64,000 nt of DNA from an uncultured Sphingomonadales bacterium (GTDB taxonomy: Bacteria > Pseudomonadota > Alphaproteobacteria > Sphingomonadales > Sphingomonadaceae): the NCBI GenBank assembly GCA_903834285.1, contig CAILIO010000230.1:1937-65936 (forward strand), read 5' to 3'. How positions within the stretch are numbered: the first letter of the stretch is position 1; each line of letters starts with the position of its first letter. The notes under the pieces are model-generated. The model had not been told where the DNA came from and searched no databases. It saw nothing but the letters and a program-made list of their open reading frames with translations. Shown piece after piece: positions 20,126 to 29,435 of the stretch. The position numbers and the translations under genes were made by a program.

Positions 20126-22399
20126 TCAATCGTAGTCAATGCCACGCGCCTTTGCCCATGCCGCGATCTCCCCCCGCAAATCGGCTGGGGGGCGAGCAAG
20201 CCATCCCTCCATGGCCGCCTGAATTGCTGATAGATCGACCTTGCGGACAAGTTCCTTGATGGGACCAACCGCCGCCGGGGTAATGGAAAGCCTCGTTATG
20301 CCGATCCCGAGCAAGGCAAGCGCCTCAAGCCGGCGGCCACCCATTTCGCCGCATACCGTAACATCGGTGCCTGACGGAGCCACGGCAAGTACGACACGGC
20401 GGAGAAACCGCAGGATCGCCGGGGAGAGCCAGTCATACCGTTCAGCGAGCTTCGGATTGGCTCGATCGGCCGCAAAGAGGAACTGGGTGAGGTCATTCGT
20501 CCCGATGGAGAGGAATGACAGTCGCGGAGCAAGCACATCGAGACACTCAGCGAGCGCAGGCACTTCGAGCATTGCACCATAGCGAATTGCATCCGGCAGC
20601 AGCTTCTTTTGCCGTTTGAGAAACGCGAGCTGGCTTTCGAACACGGCGCGCGCAGCATCGAATTCCCATGGCTCCGTGACCATCGGAAACATCACGTTGA
20701 GCGTCCGCCCGCCAGCGGCCTCGAGCAGCGCCCGTGCCTGCACCTTGAGGAGCCCATCGCGTTCGAGAGCCACGCGCAGCGCGCGCCAGCCCATCGCCGG
20801 GTTCTCCTCAGTCTCGCCGTCGTTGTGGCGCAGGTACGGCAGCACCTTGTCGCCCCCGATGTCGACAGTGCGGAACACCACCGGCCGATCACCTGCTGCT
20901 TCGAGCACATCGCGATAGAGCCGCGTCTGGCGCTCCCGCGCAGGAAGGGTTGCCGAAACGAGAAACTGGAACTCTGTTCGGAACAGACCGATCCCGTCTG
21001 CACCAGTCAGGTTGAGCATCGGCATGTCATCACGCAGACCGGCGTTGATCATGACCCGGACGCGATGACCATCAACCGAGACGGGTTCGACGTCGCGCAT
21101 GGCGGCATAAAGCGCCTGCCGTTCGCGATTTCGTGCAAAACGGGCTTCGAATGCTTCGATGAGCGTCGGCGCCGGCCGCACGTCGACAACGCCCTGATCT
21201 CCGTCGAGCAGCAAATGGTCGCCCTCGCGAACTTTTGCGCGGAGTCCACGGATACGCCCGACCACCGGGATACCCATGGCGCGCGCGACAATGACCACAT
21301 GGGCCGTCAACGATCCTTCCTCGAGAATGACTCCCTTGAGGCGGCGCCTGTCATACTCAAGCAGTTCGGCCGGGCCGAGATTGCGCGCAATTAGGATCGC
21401 ATCGCCCTTGAGCCCGAGGCTGGCTGCCGTGCCGAGCTGGCCGGAAACGATGCGCAGGAGGCGGTTGGATAGATCTTCCAGATCATGCATGCGATCAGCG
21501 AGCAGCGGATCGTCGATCTGCCGCATGCGCATGCGGGTTCGCTGCTGGACTCGTTCGATCGCTGCCTCGGCTGTGAGACCCGAATCGATCGCTTCGTTGA
21601 TCCGCCGGCTCCACCCCTCATCATAGGCAAACATGCGATAGGTCTCGAGGACCTCCTCATGCTCTCCGCCCATGCCGAATTCGGCCTGGCTCGCCATCCG
21701 GTCGATCTGCTCGCGCATCTTGTCGAAGGCGAGATAGACGCGCTGGCGCTCCGCCTCGGTATCCTCCGCGACAACATGCTCGATCGTCACGCGGGGCTGA
21801 TGAAACACTGCAATGCCGCTGGCGAGGCCTTTGACCAGTGTGAGCCCCTGAATTCGCTCGTGCCCGGTCAGATGCGCATCAGCGCCGAGCACATCCTCGT
21901 CGTCAATCAGATCGGCGTTGGCGATCAGCTCGGAAAGCACCATCGCCACAGTCTGGAGCGCCTCGATCTCCACTTCCTCATAGCGCCGGGGTTCGACGTG
22001 CTGAACGCCGAGAACACCGACAGAACGAGCCCGGCGAACGATCGGTACACCCGCAAAGGAGTGGAAGCGTTCTTCGCCGGTTTCAGGGAAGAATGCGAAG
22101 TCCGGATGCGCTGCGGCTTCAGCGAGGTTGAGGGTCTCGATATTCGCGGCAATCGTGCCGACCAAGCCTTCTCCCACCGCCATTCGTGTGACGTGAACCG
22201 CCGCTTGATTCAGTCCGCGGGTCGCGAAAAGTTCAAGCATGCCTTCGCGCAACAGGTAGATCGAGCAGACCTCGCTGTTGAGCTTCTCACCAATGATATC
22301 GACAATCTGATTGAGCTTCGCCTGCGCACCGGCGCGGGATGCCATGACCTCGTGAAGCGAAGTCAGGATCGCGCGGGCAGCGGCAGCAGCGGTGATCAT
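20126..22399 (-). CDS. ptsP: phosphoenolpyruvate-protein phosphotransferase PtsP (EI-Ntr, GAF-domain Enzyme I)
   Basis: N-terminal GAF (SEVCSIYLLREGMLELFATRGL), phospho-His region GSLTAHVVIVARAMGIPVV, C-terminal PEP-utilising domain FLSIGTNDLTQF. Start at ATG 22399. Confidence 0.9.
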   Translation of the reverse strand: MITAAAAARAILTSLHEVMASRAGAQAKLNQIVDIIGEKLNSEVCSIYLLREGMLELFATRGLNQAAVHVTRMAVGEGLVGTIAANIETLNLAEAAAHPDFAFFPETGEERFHSFAGVPIVRRARSVGVLGVQHVEPRRYEEVEIEALQTVAMVLSELIANADLIDDEDVLGADAHLTGHERIQGLTLVKGLASGIAVFHQPRVTIEHVVAEDTEAERQRVYLAFDKMREQIDRMASQAEFGMGGEHEEVLETYRMFAYDEGWSRRINEAIDSGLTAEAAIERVQQRTRMRMRQIDDPLLADRMHDLEDLSNRLLRIVSGQLGTAASLGLKGDAILIARNLGPAELLEYDRRRLKGVILEEGSLTAHVVIVARAMGIPVVGRIRGLRAKVREGDHLLLDGDQGVVDVRPAPTLIEAFEARFARNRERQALYAAMRDVEPVSVDGHRVRVMINAGLRDDMPMLNLTGADGIGLFRTEFQFLVSATLPARERQTRLYRDVLEAAGDRPVVFRTVDIGGDKVLPYLRHNDGETEENPAMGWRALRVALERDGLLKVQARALLEAAGGRTLNVMFPMVTEPWEFDAARAVFESQLAFLKRQKKLLPDAIRYGAMLEVPALAECLDVLAPRLSFLSIGTNDLTQFLFAADRANPKLAERYDWLSPAILRFLRRVVLAVAPSGTDVTVCGEMGGRRLEALALLGIGITRLSITPAAVGPIKELVRKVDLSAIQAAMEGWLARPPADLRGEIAAWAKARGIDYD

Positions 22400-22582
22400 G
22401 AACGACGGCCTAGCGCAGACAGGGCGGTTTGCAAACTGCGGCGCCGTTGGCATTGATGAATTCGTATCCATCTCGAGAGAAACGCCATCCCATTTGTCGG
22501 CTGGGGGGCAAACGGGGGCATTCTCCGTTGCGGCTGGTGGACCGAGGACCCGGCCAGCCAGCCGCACTTCCCGGCGAAGAGG

Positions 22583-22750
22583 TCAGTGGACCTGCTGAAC
22601 CTGCGCCAGTTCTTCCTTGATTCGCAGCTTTCGGCGCTTCAGTTCCCTAAGCAACGCGTCGTTGGGCGACGGGCGGCCCTGTTCCTCGGCGATGCGCCGT
22701 TCAAGACCGGCATGTTTGGATTCGAGAGCGCTGATATGCGTTAGTTCCAT
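22583..22750 (-). CDS. DUF465 (YdcH-like) small protein, 55 aa, below the ORF-track length cutoff
   Basis: My own translation is MELTHISALESKHAGLERRIAEEQGRPSPNDALLRELKRRKLRIKEELAQVQQVH*. ATG 22750 is preceded by GAGGAGG 7 nt upstream. The LKRRKLRIKEE pattern is the DUF465 hallmark. Confidence 0.75.
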   Translation of the reverse strand: MELTHISALESKHAGLERRIAEEQGRPSPNDALLRELKRRKLRIKEELAQVQQVH

Positions 22751-23035
22751 GCGGCAACCTCCTCAAGGACACCAGCCTCGACCCACTCCAGCGGCAGGAT
22801 CGCTGCCAGAGTATATGGGGGCCGAAGTTTCGCGCCGGCATGGACTTGTCGGCCTCGACTCGTCCGAGCGGGCGCGTTGTCATGCTCCCACAATCACCGT
22901 ATCTTGCAAGCCCGTCTGCGCCGGGATGTCCAACGAGCGCGTTTGTGCGTATCCGAGTTGCAGAGACGCGTTAACACGTGACGGCCTGCAATTGCGCCGG
23001 AGGCCATCATGCGTCCTCGCCGTGCGGTGTGATAT

Positions 23036-23248
23036 TTGGGAGTGTCGCGGTTGACCGAAGATGAAATGCGTAAACGGCTTGAAATGCTGCGGATGGAGCA
23101 TCGTGACCTCGACGCGGCCATCGATGCCTTGTCCGGCACCGGCGCGCATGATCAACTGCAGGTTGCGCGGCTGAAGAAGCGGAAGTTGCGGCTTAAGGAC
23201 CAAATCACCTTGCTCGAGGACTATCTGATTCCCGACATTATTGCGTGA
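23036..23248 (+). CDS. DUF465 (YdcH-like) small protein
   Basis: LEMLRMEHRDLDAAIDAL...DQLQVARLKKRKLRLKDQITLLED is the canonical DUF465 pattern. Start uncertain (TTG 23036/23051 or ATG 23066). Confidence 0.75.
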   Translation: MGVSRLTEDEMRKRLEMLRMEHRDLDAAIDALSGTGAHDQLQVARLKKRKLRLKDQITLLEDYLIPDIIA

Positions 23249-23395
23249 TTACAGATTCTTGACTGACGATGAACCGCGGTGCCTCCGTGAGGTGAGGCGT
23301 ATCGTTCCGGCACAGTTTCAAAACCTGGTGAACGGCTTATCGGGCGTGTGTTGAAGGGGGGCTCCAGATGGGCTTATGCGCGTTGGATGGCCCTC

Positions 23396-23881
23396 ATGCC
23401 CAACCTCAATCCGCGCATAATCGAGGCGCTATATGCCGAGGCGCTCGTCCTCGCCGAGGAAGTGCGTGCAGCATTCGACCGGCTGCGGCAAGGGCATGAC
23501 AGACGGGCGCTGGTTGGAGCGAACGACGATCCGGACGCGGATCTGGCGCACGTGCAGGTGAGCTGCGAATCCCTACGAACCACGACAAGGATCATGCATT
23601 GTCTTGCCTGGTTGCTCAATCACCGTGCCTATTTCGCGGGTGAACTCAGCGAGTTGCAGCTTCGTCGACACGGCCGGCTGATTGCGAATTTCCCCCTGAG
23701 CGATCCCATGCAAGTGTTGAACCTCCCAGCCGAAGCCCAGCGCTGCGTGCAGGACAGTGAGAGGCTCTATGCACGTATCCAACGCCTTGAGCACGCCTGG
23801 CGGGGTGATACTGCAACGTCCGCAAGCGCTATCGAGCGCTTGCGCCGCAGGTTGGCGGCGGCAATCCCTGCCACACTCTGA
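23396..23881 (+). CDS. rcdA: DUF1465-family protein (RcdA-like regulator of CtrA degradation / ClpXP adaptor)
   Basis: PRIIEALYAEALVLAEEVRAAF ... ESLRTTTRIMHCLAWLLNHRAYFAGEL resembles the remembered DUF1465/RcdA family. Start at ATG 23396. Confidence 0.65.
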   Translation: MPNLNPRIIEALYAEALVLAEEVRAAFDRLRQGHDRRALVGANDDPDADLAHVQVSCESLRTTTRIMHCLAWLLNHRAYFAGELSELQLRRHGRLIANFPLSDPMQVLNLPAEAQRCVQDSERLYARIQRLEHAWRGDTATSASAIERLRRRLAAAIPATL

Positions 23882-23947
23882 CCTGCGGCACGCTTGATCA
23901 CGCCGCGCATCGTTGCGCCGCCGCTCGAAAGTCCCCATATCGCGCGT

Positions 23948-24907
23948 ATGGCTTCTACCAACCCAGCATCAGGGGTCTCAATCCCCGATCAGTCCGAATG
24001 GAACACCGGCCGAGCGGTCTTGCTGCAGCCGCAGGTGCGCCGAGTCCTGGCGCCGAACCCCTCACCCTTCACGTTCAATGGCACACAGACCTATCTGGTC
24101 GGCAATGGGCAAGATGTCGCCGTCATCGATCCGGGCCCTACCGGTACGGGGGTCGCCGGGCACGCCGATACGAATGGGGATGGGCATGTCGATGCGATCC
24201 TCAAGGCCATCAAAGGTCAGCGGCTGGTTGCCATCATGTGCACGCATACGCATCGCGATCACAGTCCGGCCGCCTCGCCTCTTCAGGCCGCGACCGGCGC
24301 ACCGATCATCGGCTGCGCGGCCCTTGCCATCGACGACAGCGGTGCCGGCTTCGGCGTCCGGGCAGATGCCGAATTTGATCCGCTGTACAAGCCTGACCAG
24401 GTTCTTGCGGACGGGGAGCAGATTTCCGGCGATGACTGGACGCTGGAAGCGGTGTCAACCCCGGGACACACCAGCAACCACTTGTGCTTTGCCTTGGTGG
24501 AAACGGGTGCACTCTTTACTGGCGACCACGTCATGGGCTGGTCGACCACCGTCGTGTCACCGCCAGACGGGGACATGAATGCCTACATGCTCTCGTTACA
24601 GAAGCTCCAGACTCGCGAGGATCAGGTTTACTACCCCGCACATGGCCCGGCAGTCACGAAGCCGCAACAGCTTGTCCGCGGCATGATCGGGCATCGGCGT
24701 CAGCGAGAAGCTCAGATCCTGCGCCTCCTTGGTGAAGCCTCGTTCACGATCCAGGAAATGGTCGCACAAATGTACAAGGGGCTTGATCCCCGCCTCAACG
24801 GCGCGGCCGGGCGCTCGGTGCTCGCGCATCTCATCGATCTCGAGACGCAGGGCCGCATTGTGCGCGGTTCTGAATTGCCGGAACTGCAATGGACCTTGAT
24901 CGCCTGA
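23948..24907 (+). CDS. MBL-fold metallo-hydrolase
   Basis: HxHxDH motif in MCTHTHRDHSPAA. TPGHTSNHLCF and GDHVMGWS are further metal ligand motifs. C-terminal winged-helix-like tail. Confidence 0.8.
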   Translation: MASTNPASGVSIPDQSEWNTGRAVLLQPQVRRVLAPNPSPFTFNGTQTYLVGNGQDVAVIDPGPTGTGVAGHADTNGDGHVDAILKAIKGQRLVAIMCTHTHRDHSPAASPLQAATGAPIIGCAALAIDDSGAGFGVRADAEFDPLYKPDQVLADGEQISGDDWTLEAVSTPGHTSNHLCFALVETGALFTGDHVMGWSTTVVSPPDGDMNAYMLSLQKLQTREDQVYYPAHGPAVTKPQQLVRGMIGHRRQREAQILRLLGEASFTIQEMVAQMYKGLDPRLNGAAGRSVLAHLIDLETQGRIVRGSELPELQWTLIA

Positions 24908-25560
24908 CCCCTCAGCCCCTGCCGTCGGCGCCGGCAGCGAAAGCACGCTGGCGACTGGCGCTTTTGCCGTGGCTGTTGTTCCTTTGCGCTGCCGCCAGCG
25001 CAGTCTGGCTGGCATGGCAGATTTGGCGGCCGACCTCGATAGGCGATCCGCTGGCGACCAGTCTGGTCGCTTTCGAAAAGCAGGACCGCCTGACAGTGTT
25101 CAGCGCCGAGCTCGCCCCAGTCGTGGCAAGCGATGACAGCCGCTTGTTCGGCCTCGTCACATCGCGCCAGGTCGCAGTCATCCCGACAAGGGTCGACTAC
25201 GCCATCGATCTGGGGAAAGTTGGCCGGGACCGCATGCGCTGGGACGCAGCAAGCAGGACACTGACCGTGCGGCTGCCCGCGCTCGAAGTCACCCGACCGA
25301 ATCTAGACGAGGCGCGCGCGCAGTATCTGCGGGAGGGCGTGTGGATCACGCGCGCCGCGCAGGACAAGTTGACGCGCGACAACACCAAGCTGGCCGAACG
25401 ACTGGCGGTGGAGCAGGCAGCGAACCCGGTGCTTTTGGGGCTCGCACGCACAGCAGCAAAGGATGCCATTCGCCAGAACCTTGCAATCCCCCTGCAGGTC
25501 GCCGGATTTGGCAACGTCAAACTTTTGGTTTCGATTGATGGAGAGACGGCAAAGCCATAG
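24889..25560 (+). CDS. DUF4230-family membrane-anchored protein
   Basis: Single N-terminal TM, then VAFEKQDRLTVFSAELAPVV ... IPTRVDYAIDLGKV ... LTVRLPALEVTRPNLD, typical of DUF4230. Confidence 0.65.
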   Translation: MDLDRLTPQPLPSAPAAKARWRLALLPWLLFLCAAASAVWLAWQIWRPTSIGDPLATSLVAFEKQDRLTVFSAELAPVVASDDSRLFGLVTSRQVAVIPTRVDYAIDLGKVGRDRMRWDAASRTLTVRLPALEVTRPNLDEARAQYLREGVWITRAAQDKLTRDNTKLAERLAVEQAANPVLLGLARTAAKDAIRQNLAIPLQVAGFGNVKLLVSIDGETAKP

Positions 25561-25598
25561 CCTGCTCGCGCGGGAATTGTTTCGCCGAAGCCGGACCG

Positions 25599-26101
25599 AT
25601 GCGGGCGAACCATGGGAGCGGGGCAGTGGATTTTGCAGCGGCGCAATCGGACAGGTCGTATCGTTCTGACCAACAGTTTTTCACGCGCCAGGCGCATGTG
25701 CTTGCCGGCCTCATCGTGTTCGGCTTCCTGCAATGGGCCTTGCGCGGCTTCATAAGTCCGCTCCAAACCCCGTTCTGGATCCATGCTCATTCCGTTGCCA
25801 TGCTTGGCGGGCTGGGCATCGTTGTCGCGCAAAACGATCTGGTGAGCAGCGGGAATCTTGCTCTGCAAGGCCGGCTCGGCTGGGCCAGCCTCGCGCTTGT
25901 TCTCGCCATCGTGAGCCTAGGCACATTCGCGGGCCGGATGGCGCTGGCCATGAGGCAAAAGTGCTCGGCCGCATTCATCCCGCCACGCTCATCGGCATGG
26001 CCTTGGTCATCGCGGTGCACGCGCTGATTCAGACGCTCGCCGGGATGCCGATGGTGTCGGCCTACGCAGAGACTATTGCCCGTAGCGCCGGTGGTGCCTA
26101 A
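25599..26101 (+). CDS. hypothetical polytopic membrane protein, possibly frame-interrupted near 25957-25960
   Basis: ORF 25599-26027 encodes hydrophobic helices until ...GTFAGRMALAMRQK, then an implausible tail. Membrane-like sequence VLGRIHPATLIGMALVIAVHALIQTLAGMPMVSAYAETI continues in the -1 frame to stop 26101. Confidence 0.4.
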
Positions 26102-26157
26102 GTGCCGGATTGAGGAGAAAGCGCATCGGCCTCCTCTCGATCAAGGGATTTCGAGCC

Positions 26158-27147
26158 ATGACAGCCCAGCCCGCCAATCTTTCCGGCCTCGATCTGCGAG
26201 CCGAGATCGACCGGCTGCGCAAGGACCGCAAGGCGGTGATCCTGGCGCATTATTACCAGAAGCCTGAGATTCAGGATCTGGCCGATTTCGTCGGCGACTC
26301 CCTTGAACTCTCGCGCAAGGCTGCCGCGACCGATGCCGAAGTCATCGCCTTCTGCGGCGTGAAGTTCATGGCGGAGACCGCCAAGATCCTGAGCCCAGAA
26401 AAAGTCGTGGTCCTGCCCGACATGGATGCCGGCTGCAGCCTCGAGGATTCGTGCCCGCCCGAAAAGTTCCGCGCATTTCGTGAGGCGCATCCCGATCACA
26501 TCGCGCTCACTTACATCAATTGCTCGACCGAGGTGAAAGCGCTCAGCGATGTCATCGTGACATCCTCAAGCGCTGAGACGATCCTCGCGCAAATCTCGCC
26601 GGAGCAGAAGATCATATTCGGTCCCGACCGGCATCTGGGTGGCTATCTCAATCGCAAGTTCGGACGTGAGATGCTGCTCTGGCCCGGCGTCTGCATTGTG
26701 CACGAGGCTTTTTCAGAGACCGAACTGCTAAAGCTCATGGCGCAGCATCCCGGCGCGCCGGTGGCTGCACATCCGGAGTGCCCTCCCACGATCGTCGACC
26801 ACGCCGACTACGTCGGATCGACCAGCGGAATCCTGCAATTTGCGCGCACGTTCCCTGGTGACACACTGATTGTCGCGACCGAACCGCACATCATTCACCA
26901 GATGCAGTTGGCGCTTCCGGAAAAGACATTCATCGGCGCACCGGGCGCTGACGGGAACTGCAACTGCAACATTTGCCCGTACATGGCACTCAACACGCTC
27001 GAGAAACTTTATCTTACCCTGCGCGATTTGACCCCGCGTATCGAAATTGAGGAGACCTTGCGACTTGCTGCGAAGAAAAGCCTCGATGCCATGCTGGCCA
27101 TGGCAAGCGGGACCATCGGCCATGGTGATCTCGGCGCGCGCAAGTAG
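26158..27147 (+). CDS. nadA: quinolinate synthase NadA
   Basis: DRLRKDRKAVILAHYYQKPEIQDLADFVGDSLELSRKAA, with the three Fe-S cysteine regions (FCGVKFMAE, INCS, NCNICPYM). Confidence 0.95.
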   Translation: MTAQPANLSGLDLRAEIDRLRKDRKAVILAHYYQKPEIQDLADFVGDSLELSRKAAATDAEVIAFCGVKFMAETAKILSPEKVVVLPDMDAGCSLEDSCPPEKFRAFREAHPDHIALTYINCSTEVKALSDVIVTSSSAETILAQISPEQKIIFGPDRHLGGYLNRKFGREMLLWPGVCIVHEAFSETELLKLMAQHPGAPVAAHPECPPTIVDHADYVGSTSGILQFARTFPGDTLIVATEPHIIHQMQLALPEKTFIGAPGADGNCNCNICPYMALNTLEKLYLTLRDLTPRIEIEETLRLAAKKSLDAMLAMASGTIGHGDLGARK

Positions 27148-27162
27148 GGCGGCAGGGACGGC

Positions 27163-28083
27163 ATGAGCACTTCCACGTCGACTTCCAATGCTGCGCCGGT
27201 GAAACGGCCGGCGCGGGCGCGGGAGCTGCAGGACGCGCTCAACCACTACCTCTATCATCCGCTCGCCTGGCAGCTTGCCCGACTGCTTGCCCCTACGCCG
27301 ATTACCCCCAACGCCGTCTCGGTGTTCGGCGGATTGCTGGTTGTGGCGGCGGGCGCGGTCTACTGGAGCACGTCCGGACCGTTCTGGGCCCTGCTGGGCA
27401 TGCTGCTGCACATGTCGTGGCATGTGGTTGACGGAGCAGACGGAGACCTGGCTCGCATTACCGGCCGAACGAGCCCACTTGGCGAACTGGTGGACGGCAT
27501 CTGCGACTATGCTAGCCATATCGTCCTCTACGTGCTGCTGGCGCTTGTCCTGACCCGCTCGCTCGGCCCGGGTTGGGCATGGTTCTGGACGCTTTCTGCC
27601 GGCGCCAGCCACATTGTGCAGGCCAACCATGTCGAGGTCCAGCGGCGGTTCTACCAGCACTGGACCTATGGCACGCCGTGGCTGCACAATTCGAGCGGCG
27701 GAGATCGCGCCCTGTTCGCCGATTCGGGGGGTATCGGCTGGCTGTTGAGGGCCTTCGTGGCAGGATACTTGCGGCTTGCCGCCGGCATGAGCCCGAACGC
27801 CTTGCGGATCGATGCTGCGGTGACTTGGGCCATGGCAAACGACCCGGCACTCCTCGCTCGAATCCGGACTGAAGTTCAGCGAGAGCAGCGGCCGTTGCTG
27901 GCAATGCTCCGCTACCTCGGGCCCAATCCGCGCGCGATCCTGCTCGGCCTTTCGATGATAGCGGGCAGTCCGTTTTGGTACTTCCTGTACCTTTCGGTGG
28001 CCCTCAATCTCTTGCTCATGTTATCGGTGCGGCTGCACGATGCTGCGGCAGGTCGCGTAGTTACCCGGCTAAATCTGCCCTGA
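27163..28083 (+). CDS. CDP-alcohol phosphatidyltransferase family protein, atypical long form, substrate unknown
   Basis: Family signature D-G-x2-A-R-x8-G-x3-D-x3-D is present in VVDGADGDLARITGRTSPLGELVDGICDYASH. 306 aa with extra C-terminal TM helices. Starts 15 nt after the nadA stop. Confidence 0.8.
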   Translation: MSTSTSTSNAAPVKRPARARELQDALNHYLYHPLAWQLARLLAPTPITPNAVSVFGGLLVVAAGAVYWSTSGPFWALLGMLLHMSWHVVDGADGDLARITGRTSPLGELVDGICDYASHIVLYVLLALVLTRSLGPGWAWFWTLSAGASHIVQANHVEVQRRFYQHWTYGTPWLHNSSGGDRALFADSGGIGWLLRAFVAGYLRLAAGMSPNALRIDAAVTWAMANDPALLARIRTEVQREQRPLLAMLRYLGPNPRAILLGLSMIAGSPFWYFLYLSVALNLLLMLSVRLHDAAAGRVVTRLNLP

Positions 28084-28088
28084 TCGCA

Positions 28089-29435
28089 TCAGGCTGCAAC
28101 ATCACGGCGCATGCCGAAAACACAGATCAGAATGACGACGAAGGCTAGCAATTCTACCACGCCCCATGCCAGCCAGTTCGAATGGTTGTACAGCCAGACG
28201 CCTATCGCCGGAGAAATGATGTAAGCCGAGCCGTTGACGGCAGCGACTATGCCGGCCGACTGCCCCTGTTCGGCCGGGGTTACTGCAAGGCTCGCTCCAG
28301 ACGTGAAGCCCGGACGAAACAGGCCGAAACCCAGCGAGCAGATCGCAAACCCGGTCGCAATGGCATGGAGATCGCGGCCGGCAGCTATGCCAAGCGTGCC
28401 AACGGCTACCAGGCCCATTCCCCAAAGTGTCGAAGTGCGCGGCCCAAGCCGCATCATCGGGATCAACGCCCATTGTGCCAACAGCGTCGCGACTGCACCG
28501 CACATCAGGACCAGCCCTATCGGACCCGCAGCCGCATCCGGTTGATGACGTAGACCCAGCCGGTCAAGGATCAGGAAACCGACAACGCCAAGCAGGATCG
28601 ACTGAGCTTGTCCGCCCAGCGTCCCGGCCGCGAGCCATGCCCGCAAACGCGGATCGCCCCAGCGCAACCGTCCCACCTTCGAATCAATTGAATGCAAATC
28701 GGGCTCGATCTCGCCATGCAAGCGGTCGACCGTTTCCTCGCTTGCCTTCCGCATTCCCGGGCTCGAGGAAGCGCTCAGAGGCTCACCCAGAATCTCCCCG
28801 CGACCGGCATACCGCGGGTCGTCGTCTGGCAGTCGCAGCCGCAGCAGCACGAGAACAAGGAGTGCCGCCAGCGTGAAGGCGGCGAAAGGTCCAATTAGCC
28901 CAAGGCCCGGCAGGATCAGCAGCGGAGCAAGCGCCGGGCCCAGGACCGTGCCCAGTCCGAAACTTGAGGAAACCATCGACAGCGCCTGCGTGCGCTCGGT
29001 CCGGCTGGTCCGGCTTGCGACATAGGCTTGCACGGCGGGCGGCGCTGCCGAGCCGAAGCTGCCGTAGAGCGAGCGTGCTGCCGCGAAGAACAAAATGGCG
29101 GTGAGGCCGCTGACCGCACCCGTCAATCCGGCGTAGAGAGCCGCACCGCACAAGGCGAAAGAGACGGCGAAACCGACAAGACCAAGAGCCATCATGGCCT
29201 TGCGCCCACGCCGGTCCGAGCGGCGCGCCCAGAACGGCGCAAGCAGCATCCACAGCAAAGCCGACCAGCTGTAGGCGAGGCTTACCCAGACATCGGCGAT
29301 GTGGAGATGCGTGCCAATCGAAGGCATGACCGACTGCATCGCCGTGTTGCCGGCGGCGGTCACCAGCATGACCATAAACAGCAACGCCATGCGGCTCCGC
29401 GGGAGCTGGACGTTAGTTTCCTCCACCGCAATCAC
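28089..29435 (-). CDS. MFS transporter
   Basis: About 12 predicted TM helices, with the MFS loop motif WARRSDRRGRK between TM2 and TM3. 448 aa. Confidence 0.85.
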   Translation of the reverse strand: MIAVEETNVQLPRSRMALLFMVMLVTAAGNTAMQSVMPSIGTHLHIADVWVSLAYSWSALLWMLLAPFWARRSDRRGRKAMMALGLVGFAVSFALCGAALYAGLTGAVSGLTAILFFAAARSLYGSFGSAAPPAVQAYVASRTSRTERTQALSMVSSSFGLGTVLGPALAPLLILPGLGLIGPFAAFTLAALLVLVLLRLRLPDDDPRYAGRGEILGEPLSASSSPGMRKASEETVDRLHGEIEPDLHSIDSKVGRLRWGDPRLRAWLAAGTLGGQAQSILLGVVGFLILDRLGLRHQPDAAAGPIGLVLMCGAVATLLAQWALIPMMRLGPRTSTLWGMGLVAVGTLGIAAGRDLHAIATGFAICSLGFGLFRPGFTSGASLAVTPAEQGQSAGIVAAVNGSAYIISPAIGVWLYNHSNWLAWGVVELLAFVVILICVFGMRRDVAA

